DNA from: a virus
Direction: 5' to 3' (one strand)
IMG/VR virus record: IMGVR_UViG_3300045988_181567
Span: 1-32,000 of that record
Length of the DNA: 32,000 nt
Shown one piece after another: positions 8,453-17,440 of this stretch. A program made the position numbers and the translations under genes. Below the pieces are notes generated by a model, which saw only the letters and a list, made by a program, of their open reading frames with translations, was not told where the DNA came from and did no database searches. Numbering within the stretch: position 1 is the first letter of the stretch; every line of letters begins with the position of its first letter.

Positions 8453-8529
8453 TGGGGACCCGTGGGGAATTCGAATCCCCAACCTTCTCCGTGAAAGGGA
8501 GATGACTTAACCAATTCGTCGAACGGGCC
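8453..8529 (-). tRNA. tRNA-Glu(TTC)
   Basis: GGCCCGT/ACGGGTC acceptor, anticodon arm TCTCC-CTTTCAC-GGAGA, encoded CCA. Confidence 0.88.
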
Positions 8530-8559
8530 ATATATAGCCGCAATCCTGCGGCGAGTGGG

Positions 8560-8781
8560 TTATGCGATGACGAGGATGTCATCGATTTTCGTATCGAGCA
8601 TCGCGGCGAGAATCACAAGATTGTCGATGGTAGGAAGTGCAGTGCCTGCCTGCTATTTGGCTACCGCCTGTGTGGAGACACCGAGCGTATCCGCCACATC
8701 CTTTACCTTGATGCCTGCCGCTTTTCGCAGTGCCTTGATATTGGCACCTGTTTGCTGGATATCGATTGTTGGAACGTTCAT
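8560..8781 (-). CDS. XRE-family HTH regulator with in-frame TAG at 8653-8655
   Basis: MNVPTIDIQQTGANIKALRKAAGIKVKDVADTLGVSTQAVAK[TAG]QAGTALPTIDNLVILAAMLDTKIDDILVIA: the domain is continuous in frame on both sides of the TAG. Confidence 0.75.
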
Positions 8782-9046
8782 TTTCTTTTGCTGCCTTTCT
8801 GTATTGCAGGCAACAAAAAAACGCTGCCTGCCGAAATGAATCGACAAGCAGCGTTCGGAATGCAAATGCCGTCAGAAGACGCACCGCAGCCGTTCGAGGT
8901 CTGTTTTTGCCTGTCGATGGGTATAGGAAACAAAGCTGGATTCGTAGGACTCGAATTCAGATTCATAACTATACTCAGCAAACGACATAGCATTAACAGT
9001 CTTGCACAGCATCTTCGGTTGTCTCCTTTCGTTTCGTTCTGTTTAC

Positions 9047-9074
9047 ATTATACCACTTTTGTGGTTCTGGTCAA
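9047..9074 (-). promoter_or_regulatory. sigma70-like promoter
   Basis: Minus: TTGACC-N16-TATAAT, TGG-extended -10. Confidence 0.75.
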
Positions 9075-9790
9075 TCAACTTTACACCCCTGACCCAGCAT
9101 CTGTGCGGATGCGATTTCCCGAATATTGCGATTCTCTTTTTCGGGAGCCGACACAATGCGGCGATGAGAGCGCATCAGCGTCAATACGCGGTTACGGAGC
9201 TTCTCGTCCTTGATAAGCCGAGCAACCTGTTTGATTTCCGATTCACGCAGATACATTGTACTGCTGATGAGAACGCCATGTACTTCGCCGTCTTCGGAAC
9301 TTTTCTCAACCTTATCGACATTGTCATAGGCATAGATGACATCCACGTCGATGGTGATGGACGCTCTCTCAAGAAGTTCATTTTCTCCTTGGGCTACCAG
9401 CCACTTGTGGAAGTAGCTCTCATCGGAGATGTATGTTTCACCGATGAGTGCCAGCGGCGGCGACACAAGGTTGTTCGTTGAATAGCGGATATGGTCCTCA
9501 CTTTCATTGAGGTTGTCCTGCCAAAGTTGCATCGGCTTAAGGCTCTTGTCCTTGAAGTGAATGTAGGTGTCCTGAATGAATGTGCAGACGGTCCGCTTAA
9601 TATAGTCGATTTCCGGCATCTCTTCCACATTACGGAAGACAAGGCGCGTAGACTTGCCTTCACCGTACTCCTCGTCATCCGTCACATAACGGACCTTCTC
9701 CAACACAAACTTGGGTTTTAATGCCTCTTTAACGGCTTTGAGAGAAAATACATTCCACTTCATTCGGCTGTCCTCCACTTCTTTTCCCAT
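9071..9790 (-). CDS. hypothetical protein (239 aa; likely start at MKWNVFSLK)
   Basis: Long ORF in minus gene train. Confidence 0.75.
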   Translation of the reverse strand: MGKEVEDSRMKWNVFSLKAVKEALKPKFVLEKVRYVTDDEEYGEGKSTRLVFRNVEEMPEIDYIKRTVCTFIQDTYIHFKDKSLKPMQLWQDNLNESEDHIRYSTNNLVSPPLALIGETYISDESYFHKWLVAQGENELLERASITIDVDVIYAYDNVDKVEKSSEDGEVHGVLISSTMYLRESEIKQVARLIKDEKLRNRVLTLMRSHRRIVSAPEKENRNIREIASAQMLGQGCKVD

Positions 9791-9815
9791 TGGTCATACT
9801 CAGAAATTTCCCGCT

Positions 9816-10510
9816 TTACGATTTTGCCGTCTTTCGGTTATTGAAGATTTTTCGTGGTTTTACTACTTTTAATTCACACTACACAAACAATATGCCAGAA
9901 TTTTTTGCAACAAATTTGCATTTTCCGGCGGCTATTGAGTTTGCGTTAGTATCTTTGTATGTTGTTGCTTCCCCATCTTTGGAACCCGCTATTCCTTGCA
10001 TTACATGAACTTGCTTTCCGATAAGAAATACGCTTCCCGGATAGTTGCGGTTCATGTTTCTGTATGTTGGATGGTGCTCTTTTACTTTAAGATTGCAAAC
10101 GTCATTAGGTTGGCGTTGGCGAAACTCTTCCAAGCTGTCAGTCGTCTGCTCAGTAGCTTTATGTCGATTTGTGGCAACCATCTTGCCATTAAACGTGTAC
10201 ACACGGCTCATGTTTTCGTTATTTAGTGCTCGTCTATCGTGACGGCGGAACTGTTTATCATACCAGCCTGTCTCGTAGTATGTAGTCTGTTCTGTTGTTT
10301 CATCCAGAACGGCCTTCCCCTGCTCGCCATAATCACCCGTATAGTAGCTGCGGATGATGTTAGCGGCATGGTCATTTCCCTGTTGCTCATAGGTTTCGGC
10401 AATGAGCTCGACATAAGCCCTGAATTTTTCCTCGTCACCTTCACGATGCGCGGCGATGAGCATTCCGATGGCCACAGCGCTTATATTATTCACGAAATCA
10501 CCCCCTGAGT
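9816..10510 (-). CDS. hypothetical protein, possible TAG read-through at 9879-9881; start approximate
   Basis: ORF track 9879..10601 begins inside the tRNA-Leu; likely GTG start VNNISAVAIGMLIAAHREGDEEKFRAYVELIAE. After TAG the frame continues CELKVVKPRKIFNNRKTAKS to TAA at 9816-9818. Confidence 0.6.
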
Positions 10511-10522
10511 TAATTTCAAAAA

Positions 10523-10599
10523 TGGTACTCCAGCCGGGAGTTGAACCCGGAGAAAACAGAGTTTGAATCTGCCGCGTATGCCAATTTCGCCACTGGAGC
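10523..10599 (-). tRNA. tRNA-Leu(CAA)-like, short variable loop
   Basis: GCTCCAG/CTGGAGT acceptor, anticodon arm GCAGA-TTCAAAC-TCTGT, T arm CCGGG-TTCAACT-CCCGG, encoded CCA. Confidence 0.85.
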
Positions 10600-10686
10600 A
10601 TAGTATGTCATCCGCAAAAGCAGACGACAGTTGCATGGCTTGATTTTACAGCGAATATCACATTTTATCGCTGTTTTTATACTTGT

Positions 10687-10724
10687 ATTATACCATATTT
10701 GGACGCGGATTTGTAGCGAGTACA
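10687..10724 (-). promoter_or_regulatory. TATAAT promoter with upstream palindrome TGTACTCGCTACA
   Basis: Palindrome ends 19 nt upstream of the TATAAT box; precedes tRNA-Leu. Confidence 0.65.
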
Positions 10725-10905
10725 AGTATGATTCACAAACAATTAACATCTGAGCGAGTCGCATTTTGTGCGCTTGCTTGTCGTATTCGTCTGGCGCGAA
10801 TCAGTGCTGAATCTGCCTCGAATCTGCCCCGTCAGAAAACAGGCAAAAGCAACAGCAACACAAACGCGAGTCTTTGCAAGTTTCAGAAATAGCGCTTTCC
10901 TCGGC

Positions 10906-11616
10906 TCAGGACTTGCTCTCTGCGGGCGCTGGCGTCCAGTATAAGAGCGTTCCGAGGATATCGCACATCGGTGCCGCCTCGAAGACGCAAAGCGTTTCCA
11001 GAGCATCTCTGAGGCGCTGCTCGTAATCTGTACGCAGCATATCAAGGGGAACCAGCACCTTGTAGGAGCCGGAAGGTGCTTTCAGAACGGGAGATTCGGA
11101 TATCAGGTTCTCAGAAGGGTCACTCTCCCATCCGCAGGTAACGAGATAGTCATACAGAGCATAGGGGTTTACGGCAGAGACTGTCTTTCTGCCATCAAGC
11201 ATTTTGTAGGCACGGAGATACTTGGCTTCTCGCGCAAGGTCTTTGCTTGTGAGAGGATACGGGATTCGGTTAAGGTCCATATTGCTGACGAGGTCTGCGC
11301 GTTTTACCTTGACGGCAATGTCGTTTTGCTTAACACGCCAGATATACTCTGCGTAGGTCGTATCTTTTTCCCGAGTCAGTACAGAGACCGCCTCAGCCAC
11401 TTCCGGAGGGAATTCCGCTCTGATGGTATCTATCGTGGTGCCGGTATCCTCCACCGTGTCGTGCAGGTAGGCGGCAGCTTTCACCAGCGGGTCAGGCTCA
11501 ACGCCGTCTGCGACAACGGCCACATGCGCCGTGAAGTAGTCTTCCCCTGCCTTGTCGGTCTGGCCCTTGTGCGCCATCATGGCGAACGCCTTTGCTTTTT
11601 CAATATAATCAATCAT
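10906..11616 (-). CDS. HD-domain protein, RelA/SpoT hydrolase-like (small alarmone hydrolase type)
   Basis: AKAFAMMAHKGQTDKAGEDYFTAHVAVVADGV...KAAAYLHDTVEDTG...; Met at 11616 with AAAGGTGAT RBS. Confidence 0.8.
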   Translation of the reverse strand: MIDYIEKAKAFAMMAHKGQTDKAGEDYFTAHVAVVADGVEPDPLVKAAAYLHDTVEDTGTTIDTIRAEFPPEVAEAVSVLTREKDTTYAEYIWRVKQNDIAVKVKRADLVSNMDLNRIPYPLTSKDLAREAKYLRAYKMLDGRKTVSAVNPYALYDYLVTCGWESDPSENLISESPVLKAPSGSYKVLVPLDMLRTDYEQRLRDALETLCVFEAAPMCDILGTLLYWTPAPAESKS

Positions 11617-11670
11617 TCGTATCACCTTTCTTTGTTTCGTAAGCAGCACCATGCGGGTCTGCCGGGCAAT

Positions 11671-11700
11671 AAAAAAGGCTTGCCAGTTTCCCGGCAAGCC
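11671..11700 (-). terminator. Rho-independent terminator downstream of the lipoprotein gene
   Basis: Minus: GGCTTGCC-GGGAAACT-GGCAAGCC-TTTTTT. Confidence 0.9.
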
Positions 11701-11753
11701 TCGATAGATTCAGGTCTTTGCGGACCTTTGTTGTAGTGTTGGAAACGGAAGAT

Positions 11754-14723
11754 TTACTCCGCAGCGCCCTCAACGATTACGACCTCAGCCTCGGTCTCCT
11801 TAGGCATGTCGGCATCTTCCTGCTTGGTGTCGGTGCTGTCCTCGGAAGTCTCGGCAGACTTCTCGGTCTCAGCAGACTCAACAGGAGCGGCAGGCTCGGC
11901 AGGAGTCTCAGCAGGTACAGCGGGCTCAACAGGAGCAACGGGCTCGGCAGGAGTTTCAGTAGGTACAGCAGACTCAACCGGAGTCTCTGCGACATAGGTC
12001 TCGGCGTTGATGCTCTCGGCGCTCATTTCCTGCGCCGGAACCTCGACAACAGGCTCAGCCCCGGCTACGATAGGGTTTGCAGCCACCTTGGCACTTGCGG
12101 GCAGACGAGCGATAGACTCAGTCTTGGTCTCGCCGCAACCAGTGCAAGTGTAGGTCTTGACACCCTCATGCTCAGTGGTAGGCTCGGTGGTAACGACACC
12201 GCTATCCCAAGTATGGTCTTTCTTGGGCGTGGTAGAGAGAACGGTGCTCACTTCACCGCAGACGGTGCAGTAGATTTCGGTGCGACCCTCTTCCTTGCAG
12301 GTAGGCTCAATGACACGCATCTCGGCATGGTGACCGGTGGAGTGTACAATGTTGTCCTTGTAAGAGAAGCTGTCATCCTGATTGCACTTGTGCATCGTGT
12401 AGCCGTCCTCGGTGCAAGTCGGCGGGACAACGGTAACAGTGAAGGTGTACTTGGTGGGCAGGACCTTTTCAGTCATGGTCGCGTCGCAGTTCTTGCAATG
12501 CAGGGTCTTGACGCCGTACTCGTCATGAGTGGGCTGGGTAGTGATGACACCCTCATCCCAGATATGACCAGTACCACCATAGGAGTAGGTCATGGTATGG
12601 GAAGCATCGCGCTTGCAGTGCATCAGCATAGTGCCCGGCTCGGTGCAGGTAGCCTTTTTCAGGCATTCGGTGTGCTCGAAGTCCCAGTCGTGGCTGCCGA
12701 TAGCGGGCATAGGAACGAGAATTTTGCTGTCGCAGCCATCATTGGTGCAGTACATCCAACGCTCGCCCTCAGTCTCGCAAGAGGGCTCCTTGACGATTTC
12801 ACCAAGACCCGTGTACTCATGGACATGGACCTTGGCAATGCTCTCGGTCTTGGTCTTGTTGCAGACGGTGCAGGTATAGGTCTTGATGCCCGGCTCGGTG
12901 GCAGTAGGCTCCTTGGTGATAACGCCCTCGTCCCACTGATGCTCCTCGTTGACGGGGATATCGCGGACATGCTGCTTATCGTTGCAGCGCTCACAGACCT
13001 TATCTACGCTGCCAGCGTCCTTGCAGGTGGCGGGAGTAGTGACTTCCTTGTACTCATGACCCAGCGCAGGGACGATGTTGTCCTTGAAGGACTTGGTGGC
13101 GTCTTCCACGCACTCGTGCATGGTATAGCCGTCCTCCGTGCAGGTAGGAGCGACCACGGTCTCGTTGTAGGTGTAACCCAGAGCCGGAATGCTCTCGGTG
13201 TAGGTATCACCACAGTTGTGGCAGGTGAAGGTCTTGACACCGTTCTCGGTGTAGGTGGGCTTGGTGGTCACAACGCCGTCATCGTAATCGTGACCGGTTG
13301 CGGGGATGACCTCGGTGTAGGTATGGCTCTTGTCGTTCTGGCAAGTGAAGGTCTTGACGCCATCCTCAGTGCAGGTAGCAGCCTTGGTGACAACGCCGTC
13401 ATCGTAGTTATGACCAAGCGCGGCAATCTCCTCGGTCTTAGTCTCGGTGCAGCCATCGTTCAGGCACTTGTAGGTCTTCACGCCGGAAGCCTCACATGTG
13501 GCGGGCGTGGTGACAGTACCATCATCCCACTTGTGACCCACAGCCGGGATGACCTCAGTCTTGGTCGCGCTGTCACGAGAGCAGGTAAAGGTCTTCTCGC
13601 CATCCTCAGTGCAGGTAGCAGCCTTGGTGACGACACCCTCGCCCCAATCATGGTCCAGAGCGTCCACGAAATCGCGGTTCTCGGTCAGCGTGGCGTCCTG
13701 GTCGCAGATGTAGACGGTGTAGCCCTCCTCAGTGCAGGTGGGAGCAACCGTATCACCCTTGTGCCAAGTCTTCTCCACCATCGGGATATCCTCGGTATAG
13801 GTATCACCGCAAGCAGAGCAGGTAAAGGTCTTGACGCCCTTCTCGTAGATGGTCGCTTCCTTGGTCACGACACCCTCATCATAGGTGTGCGGGGTCTTGT
13901 CGGTGAAATTGCCCTTGTAAGTAAGACCCGGAACCTCATTGCACTCATAGATGGTATAGCCCTCGGAAGTGCAGGTAGGAGCAACGACCTGCAGGATGTG
14001 GTAGGTCTTGTCCAGAGAAGGAATCTCCTCAGTACGGGTCTCACCGCAATCCTTGCACTTGAAGGTCTTGATGCCGGTCTCGGTGTAGGTGGCAGCTTTC
14101 GTCACGGTGCCGTTATCCCAGCTATGACCCTTGGCGGCAACATAGTTGTCGTTGTAGTTCATGCCGCCCCACTCGTTGCAGATATGCTCATCATAGCCCT
14201 GCGTGGTGCAGGTGGCGTCATGATGGCGCACGGTGAAGGTGTAGACGGGCTGAGACTTCTTCTCGGCGGGAGTGGCAGCGGGAGTCACAGCAGCAGGCTT
14301 CTGGGCAGGAGTCTTGGTGCCGGTGGTGGTTTTATGGGTGTTGTAGACGGGAGCCTTAGCGGGACCGTCCTTAGTAGAAACATTGTCGGGGTTCGTGTTC
14401 TGGCTGGCGGCGGGCTTCTCAGCCTTGTCGGAAGCGGCCTCAGACTCAGCGGTCTTGTTCTCGGTGTTGGCAGCATTGGAATCGGGCTTGCTCTCGGCTT
14501 CACTCTCAGCCTTGCTCTCGGACGCCGCCGCGCTGGTATCTTCCTTCTCGGCAGTGTCGGGGGTTTCGGACTGTGCGGTGCTTGCGGAATCGCTCAGGCT
14601 TGTGGAAGGAGCAGAAGAGGCAGCATCCTGATTCTTCTTGCCCTTACATCCGGTAACAGAGATTGCGACTGTAGCAGCCATGGCAACTGCAAGCACATTC
14701 TTCATCATAGACTTTTTGCGCAT
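11754..14723 (-). CDS. large (989 aa) repetitive surface lipoprotein with tandem Cys-rich modules
   Basis: Lipobox MRKKSMMKNVLAVAMAATVAISVTGC; Ser/Glu/Ala-rich linker; tandem units of type (GH)xWDxGVVTKxATCTExGxKTFTCxxCGxTxTExIPA; Pro/Glu/Ala-rich C-terminus; AAGGAG RBS. Confidence 0.9.
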   Translation of the reverse strand: MRKKSMMKNVLAVAMAATVAISVTGCKGKKNQDAASSAPSTSLSDSASTAQSETPDTAEKEDTSAAASESKAESEAESKPDSNAANTENKTAESEAASDKAEKPAASQNTNPDNVSTKDGPAKAPVYNTHKTTTGTKTPAQKPAAVTPAATPAEKKSQPVYTFTVRHHDATCTTQGYDEHICNEWGGMNYNDNYVAAKGHSWDNGTVTKAATYTETGIKTFKCKDCGETRTEEIPSLDKTYHILQVVAPTCTSEGYTIYECNEVPGLTYKGNFTDKTPHTYDEGVVTKEATIYEKGVKTFTCSACGDTYTEDIPMVEKTWHKGDTVAPTCTEEGYTVYICDQDATLTENRDFVDALDHDWGEGVVTKAATCTEDGEKTFTCSRDSATKTEVIPAVGHKWDDGTVTTPATCEASGVKTYKCLNDGCTETKTEEIAALGHNYDDGVVTKAATCTEDGVKTFTCQNDKSHTYTEVIPATGHDYDDGVVTTKPTYTENGVKTFTCHNCGDTYTESIPALGYTYNETVVAPTCTEDGYTMHECVEDATKSFKDNIVPALGHEYKEVTTPATCKDAGSVDKVCERCNDKQHVRDIPVNEEHQWDEGVITKEPTATEPGIKTYTCTVCNKTKTESIAKVHVHEYTGLGEIVKEPSCETEGERWMYCTNDGCDSKILVPMPAIGSHDWDFEHTECLKKATCTEPGTMLMHCKRDASHTMTYSYGGTGHIWDEGVITTQPTHDEYGVKTLHCKNCDATMTEKVLPTKYTFTVTVVPPTCTEDGYTMHKCNQDDSFSYKDNIVHSTGHHAEMRVIEPTCKEEGRTEIYCTVCGEVSTVLSTTPKKDHTWDSGVVTTEPTTEHEGVKTYTCTGCGETKTESIARLPASAKVAANPIVAGAEPVVEVPAQEMSAESINAETYVAETPVESAVPTETPAEPVAPVEPAVPAETPAEPAAPVESAETEKSAETSEDSTDTKQEDADMPKETEAEVVIVEGAAE

Positions 14724-14830
14724 GATTTTACTTCTCCTTTTTTACTGTGTGGGGTGAGTCCCCACATCAACGAAACGATGTGAAGAGCGGAAGACTTCTG
14801 ATATTTCGTTTTCCCTGTCGCTCTATATGC

Positions 14831-14868
14831 ATTATACCACAATTTACCTTTAAAGTGTACTGAGTACA
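14831..14868 (-). promoter_or_regulatory. TATAAT promoter with perfect palindrome TGTAC-TCA-GTACA, for the lipoprotein
   Basis: Palindrome ends 19 nt upstream of TATAAT; ~110 nt before the CDS start. Confidence 0.75.
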
Positions 14869-15004
14869 ACCATAATTAACGTAATGTTCACAAATCGCAA
14901 CAGAATCCGAGAGGCTCCCATCGGGAGAAAAACGATTCTGGTACGATAAAAAGAAGCGCAAATAAGTAAAAAGCAGCCGGGTACAGAGTGTATCCGACTG
15001 CTGA

Positions 15005-15091
15005 TGGCGGATAGGGTAGGATTCGAACCCACGGACGCGGATGCATCTCTGGTTTTCAAGACCAGTTCCATAAACCACTCGGACACCTATC
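15005..15091 (-). tRNA. tRNA-Ser(TGA)
   Basis: GGATAGG/CCTATCC acceptor, anticodon arm CTGGT-CTTGAAA-ACCAG, long variable arm, encoded CCA. Confidence 0.93.
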
Positions 15092-15134
15092 CAAGAATCA
15101 GAGAGTGTTAGCCGCAGAAATCTGCGTTGCCCGC

Positions 15135-15167
15135 CATCTACCGCGTGGAGGTCGCTCTCAAAAGATG
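15135..15167 (-). ncRNA. Small hairpin RNA motif copy U1
   Basis: Minus: CATCT-N10-ACC-TCCACGC-GGT-AGATG. Confidence 0.6.
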
Positions 15168-15400
15168 ACTGACGAGACGAATTTGTCTCGCCCATGCCGC
15201 AGCCGTTTTCGCCACTCGGCATGATGTTTTCGGCTTGACGTAACCCTGTGTAAATGACCCTCAGATGGGGGCGGTGCGGGCAGGATTATCGTCTTCGTGG
15301 TGTAGTTAAGGAGTACCGCACCAAATAAATGACCGTACTGCGCTTGTGTAACAGTACAATGCACGCCCAGAGACGATTTCCAAGATGGAGATGTGTCTGG

Positions 15401-15476
15401 TGGTGGAAGCAAAGGGATTCGAACCCTCGACCCCCTGCTTGCAAAGCAGGTGCTCTCCCAACTGAGCTATGCCCCC
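15401..15476 (-). tRNA. tRNA-Ala(TGC)
   Basis: GGGGGCA/TGCTTCC acceptor, anticodon arm CCTGC-TTTGCAA-GCAGG, encoded CCA. Confidence 0.93.
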
Positions 15477-15503
15477 ATGATGGCGGGAAAGACCCGCCAG
15501 TAA

Positions 15504-15920
15504 TTACGCGTAATGAAGTTCGCCGTACTGTTTGACCTCGCGCTCCAGATGCAGCGGAATGGTCTTGGCGCTCTTCTGCGTGATATCCTCACGCGTCAGA
15601 AGGCGCTCATCGACGCCAGCTGCCTGCAGAACTTCGTACAGGTTCGAGGGGCCGGTGCCGTCGTAACCCGCAGTCAAGCCATTGACCTGCAAAGCGAAGC
15701 CGTGCAGATGCGGTGCCAGACCCGGTACAAAATCGAGTTCAACAACGACTTCGTTACTATTCTCGTTCAAGCGCTTGACCGAGAGAGCACGGATGTTCTG
15801 ACTTCCGAAGGTCTCAATCAGCTTCTTAACCGCCGCTGCGGTTTCAATCGTTGATGTGCCTTCGACGTTGATAATTGCCTGCTCCATCGGAATCATCTCC
15901 TTCCTACTTAGAGTTGTCAT
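15504..15920 (-). CDS. hypothetical protein (probable start MEQAIINVEG...)
   Basis: ORF between tRNAs. Confidence 0.7.
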   Translation of the reverse strand: MTTLSRKEMIPMEQAIINVEGTSTIETAAAVKKLIETFGSQNIRALSVKRLNENSNEVVVELDFVPGLAPHLHGFALQVNGLTAGYDGTGPSNLYEVLQAAGVDERLLTREDITQKSAKTIPLHLEREVKQYGELHYA

Positions 15921-16088
15921 GCGCTATAGCAGATAACGCTCTGCCGTGCGGGGCTTTACGTTGCCCATTCGTGTTCGGTTCCGACTCCGACGACTTTCGG
16001 AAGGACTTAGCCAACCGTCAGCAAGTGCATGCCCCCGCTGACAGCTTCTTGGGCGGATTCTCAAAGAGCGCGTCACCCAATCGGACCG

Positions 16089-16164
16089 TGGAGCTTGATG
16101 GCAGACTCGAACTGCCGACCTGCGCGTTACGAATGCACTGCTCTACCAACTGAGCTAACCAAGC
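16089..16164 (-). tRNA. tRNA-Thr(CGT)
   Basis: GCTTGGT/ATCAAGC acceptor, anticodon loop TTCGTAA, T arm GGCAG-TTCGAGT-CTGCC, encoded CCA. Confidence 0.87.
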
Positions 16165-16437
16165 ACGGTAGGGTGTTTTATGCTGGTTATCACCCCTCAG
16201 CGAGGAAGCCAACCTCGCGTCCAGCACCATCCGGTAGCAACCCCGGAGGATTCTGCGCTGTATCCTCTCCGATGTTTTTCAGCACCATTCGCGACTGATG
16301 CCGAGACTTTCGGATACCTTCAGGTGCAGCACCTGTTTGCCGATTGATTTTTTGGCTGTCCGTTGGCATTCGACAGCGTACCACAAGTGGACCATGCTCG
16401 CCAAATTTAATGTCGTGGCGTACGGTGACGGCGACGG

Positions 16438-16512
16438 TGGAGCGGGCAGCGGGATTCGAACCCGCGTGACCAGCTTGGAAGGCTAGTGTATTAACCCCTA
16501 TACGATGCCTGC
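16438..16512 (-). tRNA. tRNA-Gly(TCC)
   Basis: Anticodon arm CTAGC-CTTCCAA-GCTGG, T arm CGGG-TTCGAAT-CCCG, encoded CCA. Confidence 0.9.
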
Positions 16513-17281
16513 ATGAGAAAAAGCGGGTGAACCCTCTCTTAGCCCCGCCATGATGTCCGTTTAGTAGGTCGTCATCCCCGAAACATCATCTTTATGTCTC
16601 TTAGCGATTCCGCGAATCTCTGCGTGGACGATACGAAAGAATCCGGAAAAGCATTTTGGACACTGGTCAACTTCAATTCAAGCCCTGCCGTTACTTCCCT
16701 GTCAATTCGGGTCAACGGAATGCTATGGGCTGTGTAAGACTGCGGCAAACTTACCAGATGCCGCGCAGCAGTCTCGCCTTTTTCGGCTATGTCGCGTCTG
16801 GCTGCGCCCCGGCTTAACGGGGATGCTCGTACGATGCATGCTTAGCGGGACGAGATTTGTTGTTTCTGCGCCGAAGCACAAGAGGAAGCACTCGCCCACA
16901 CGGCTTCCTGACCGTTTAGGATACCGTTTGCACAGGGAATGCAATGCGGTTCCTGAAAGGACATTCGTCAGTGACAAGCATAGTCGCTGTCCACCACCCG
17001 CCGCGTGGAGGCTGTCCCATCGGGTGGCTGAGTACGCCGAGGTGTACGGACGCACTCAGATAGGCGCTACCTATCATGTTGTTTTAAGACGGGAGCTGCC
17101 CGCCATCAGGTTCATCAGTACATTGGAGTTACGCTTTCGTCACTTTGTTTGTCAAATTGACGTGCGTTAGTGCATCGGAGTGTCCCTTCTGTTCAGATGT
17201 TGCATTCGGACGAGAATTACTTCTGCATCGGAGTGCCATCCCTGTTTTATTTGAGCTGCTAGAATCGCTTCCAACAGGTCA
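16513..17281 (-). ncRNA. candidate large structured non-coding RNA in the tRNA array
   Basis: No credible minus ORF; dense nested complementary pairs, e.g. AGACTGC/GCAGTCT (16737-16774) enclosing CGGCA/TGCCG, CCCCG-GCTTAA-CGGGG (16807-16822), AGGAAGC/GCTTCCT, GATAGG-CGCTA-CCTATC, AGCCC/GGGCT (16681-16731). Strand inferred from neighbours. Confidence 0.5.
16994..17027 (-). ncRNA. Small hairpin RNA motif copy U2
   Basis: Minus: CCACCC-N9-GCC-TCCACGC-GGC-GGGTGG. Confidence 0.65.
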
Positions 17282-17373
17282 TGGCTCTGGCAGGTGGAGT
17301 TGAACCACCTTTTCCCGTGCGCTGCGGGCGAATTAACCATGGTGCATTGCAACCTTCGTATTCGATACCAGAA
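17282..17373 (-). other. tRNA-like structure: acceptor and T arm intact, no standard anticodon arm
   Basis: TCTGGTA/TGCCAGA acceptor + G + CCA; T arm GGTGG-TTCAACT-CCACC; CCCG-CAGCGCA-CGGG hairpin; D/anticodon region not conventional. Confidence 0.55.
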
Positions 17374-17440
17374 TATTTCGGTCGTTTTACGTCCGACCGA
17401 TTGACATGAATAGCCGGTTTAACGTCATGGCATGGACGAT

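Noticed and set aside
10511-10601. N-terminus MLQWRNWHTRQIQTLFSPGSTPG of ORF 9879..10601
   Set aside because: It is the translated tRNA-Leu; the true start is likely the GTG at VNNISAVAIG.
11754-14723. Periodic DNA repeats resembling a CRISPR or satellite array
   Set aside because: Period and divergence follow the protein modules and keep the reading frame; no constant repeat with unique spacers. No CRISPR array was found in the window.
11718-14783. 1021-aa plus-strand ORF (longest in the window)
   Set aside because: Antisense shadow of the repetitive lipoprotein; low-complexity translation produced by the repeat codon pattern, while the minus-strand frame has lipobox, RBS, promoter and terminator.
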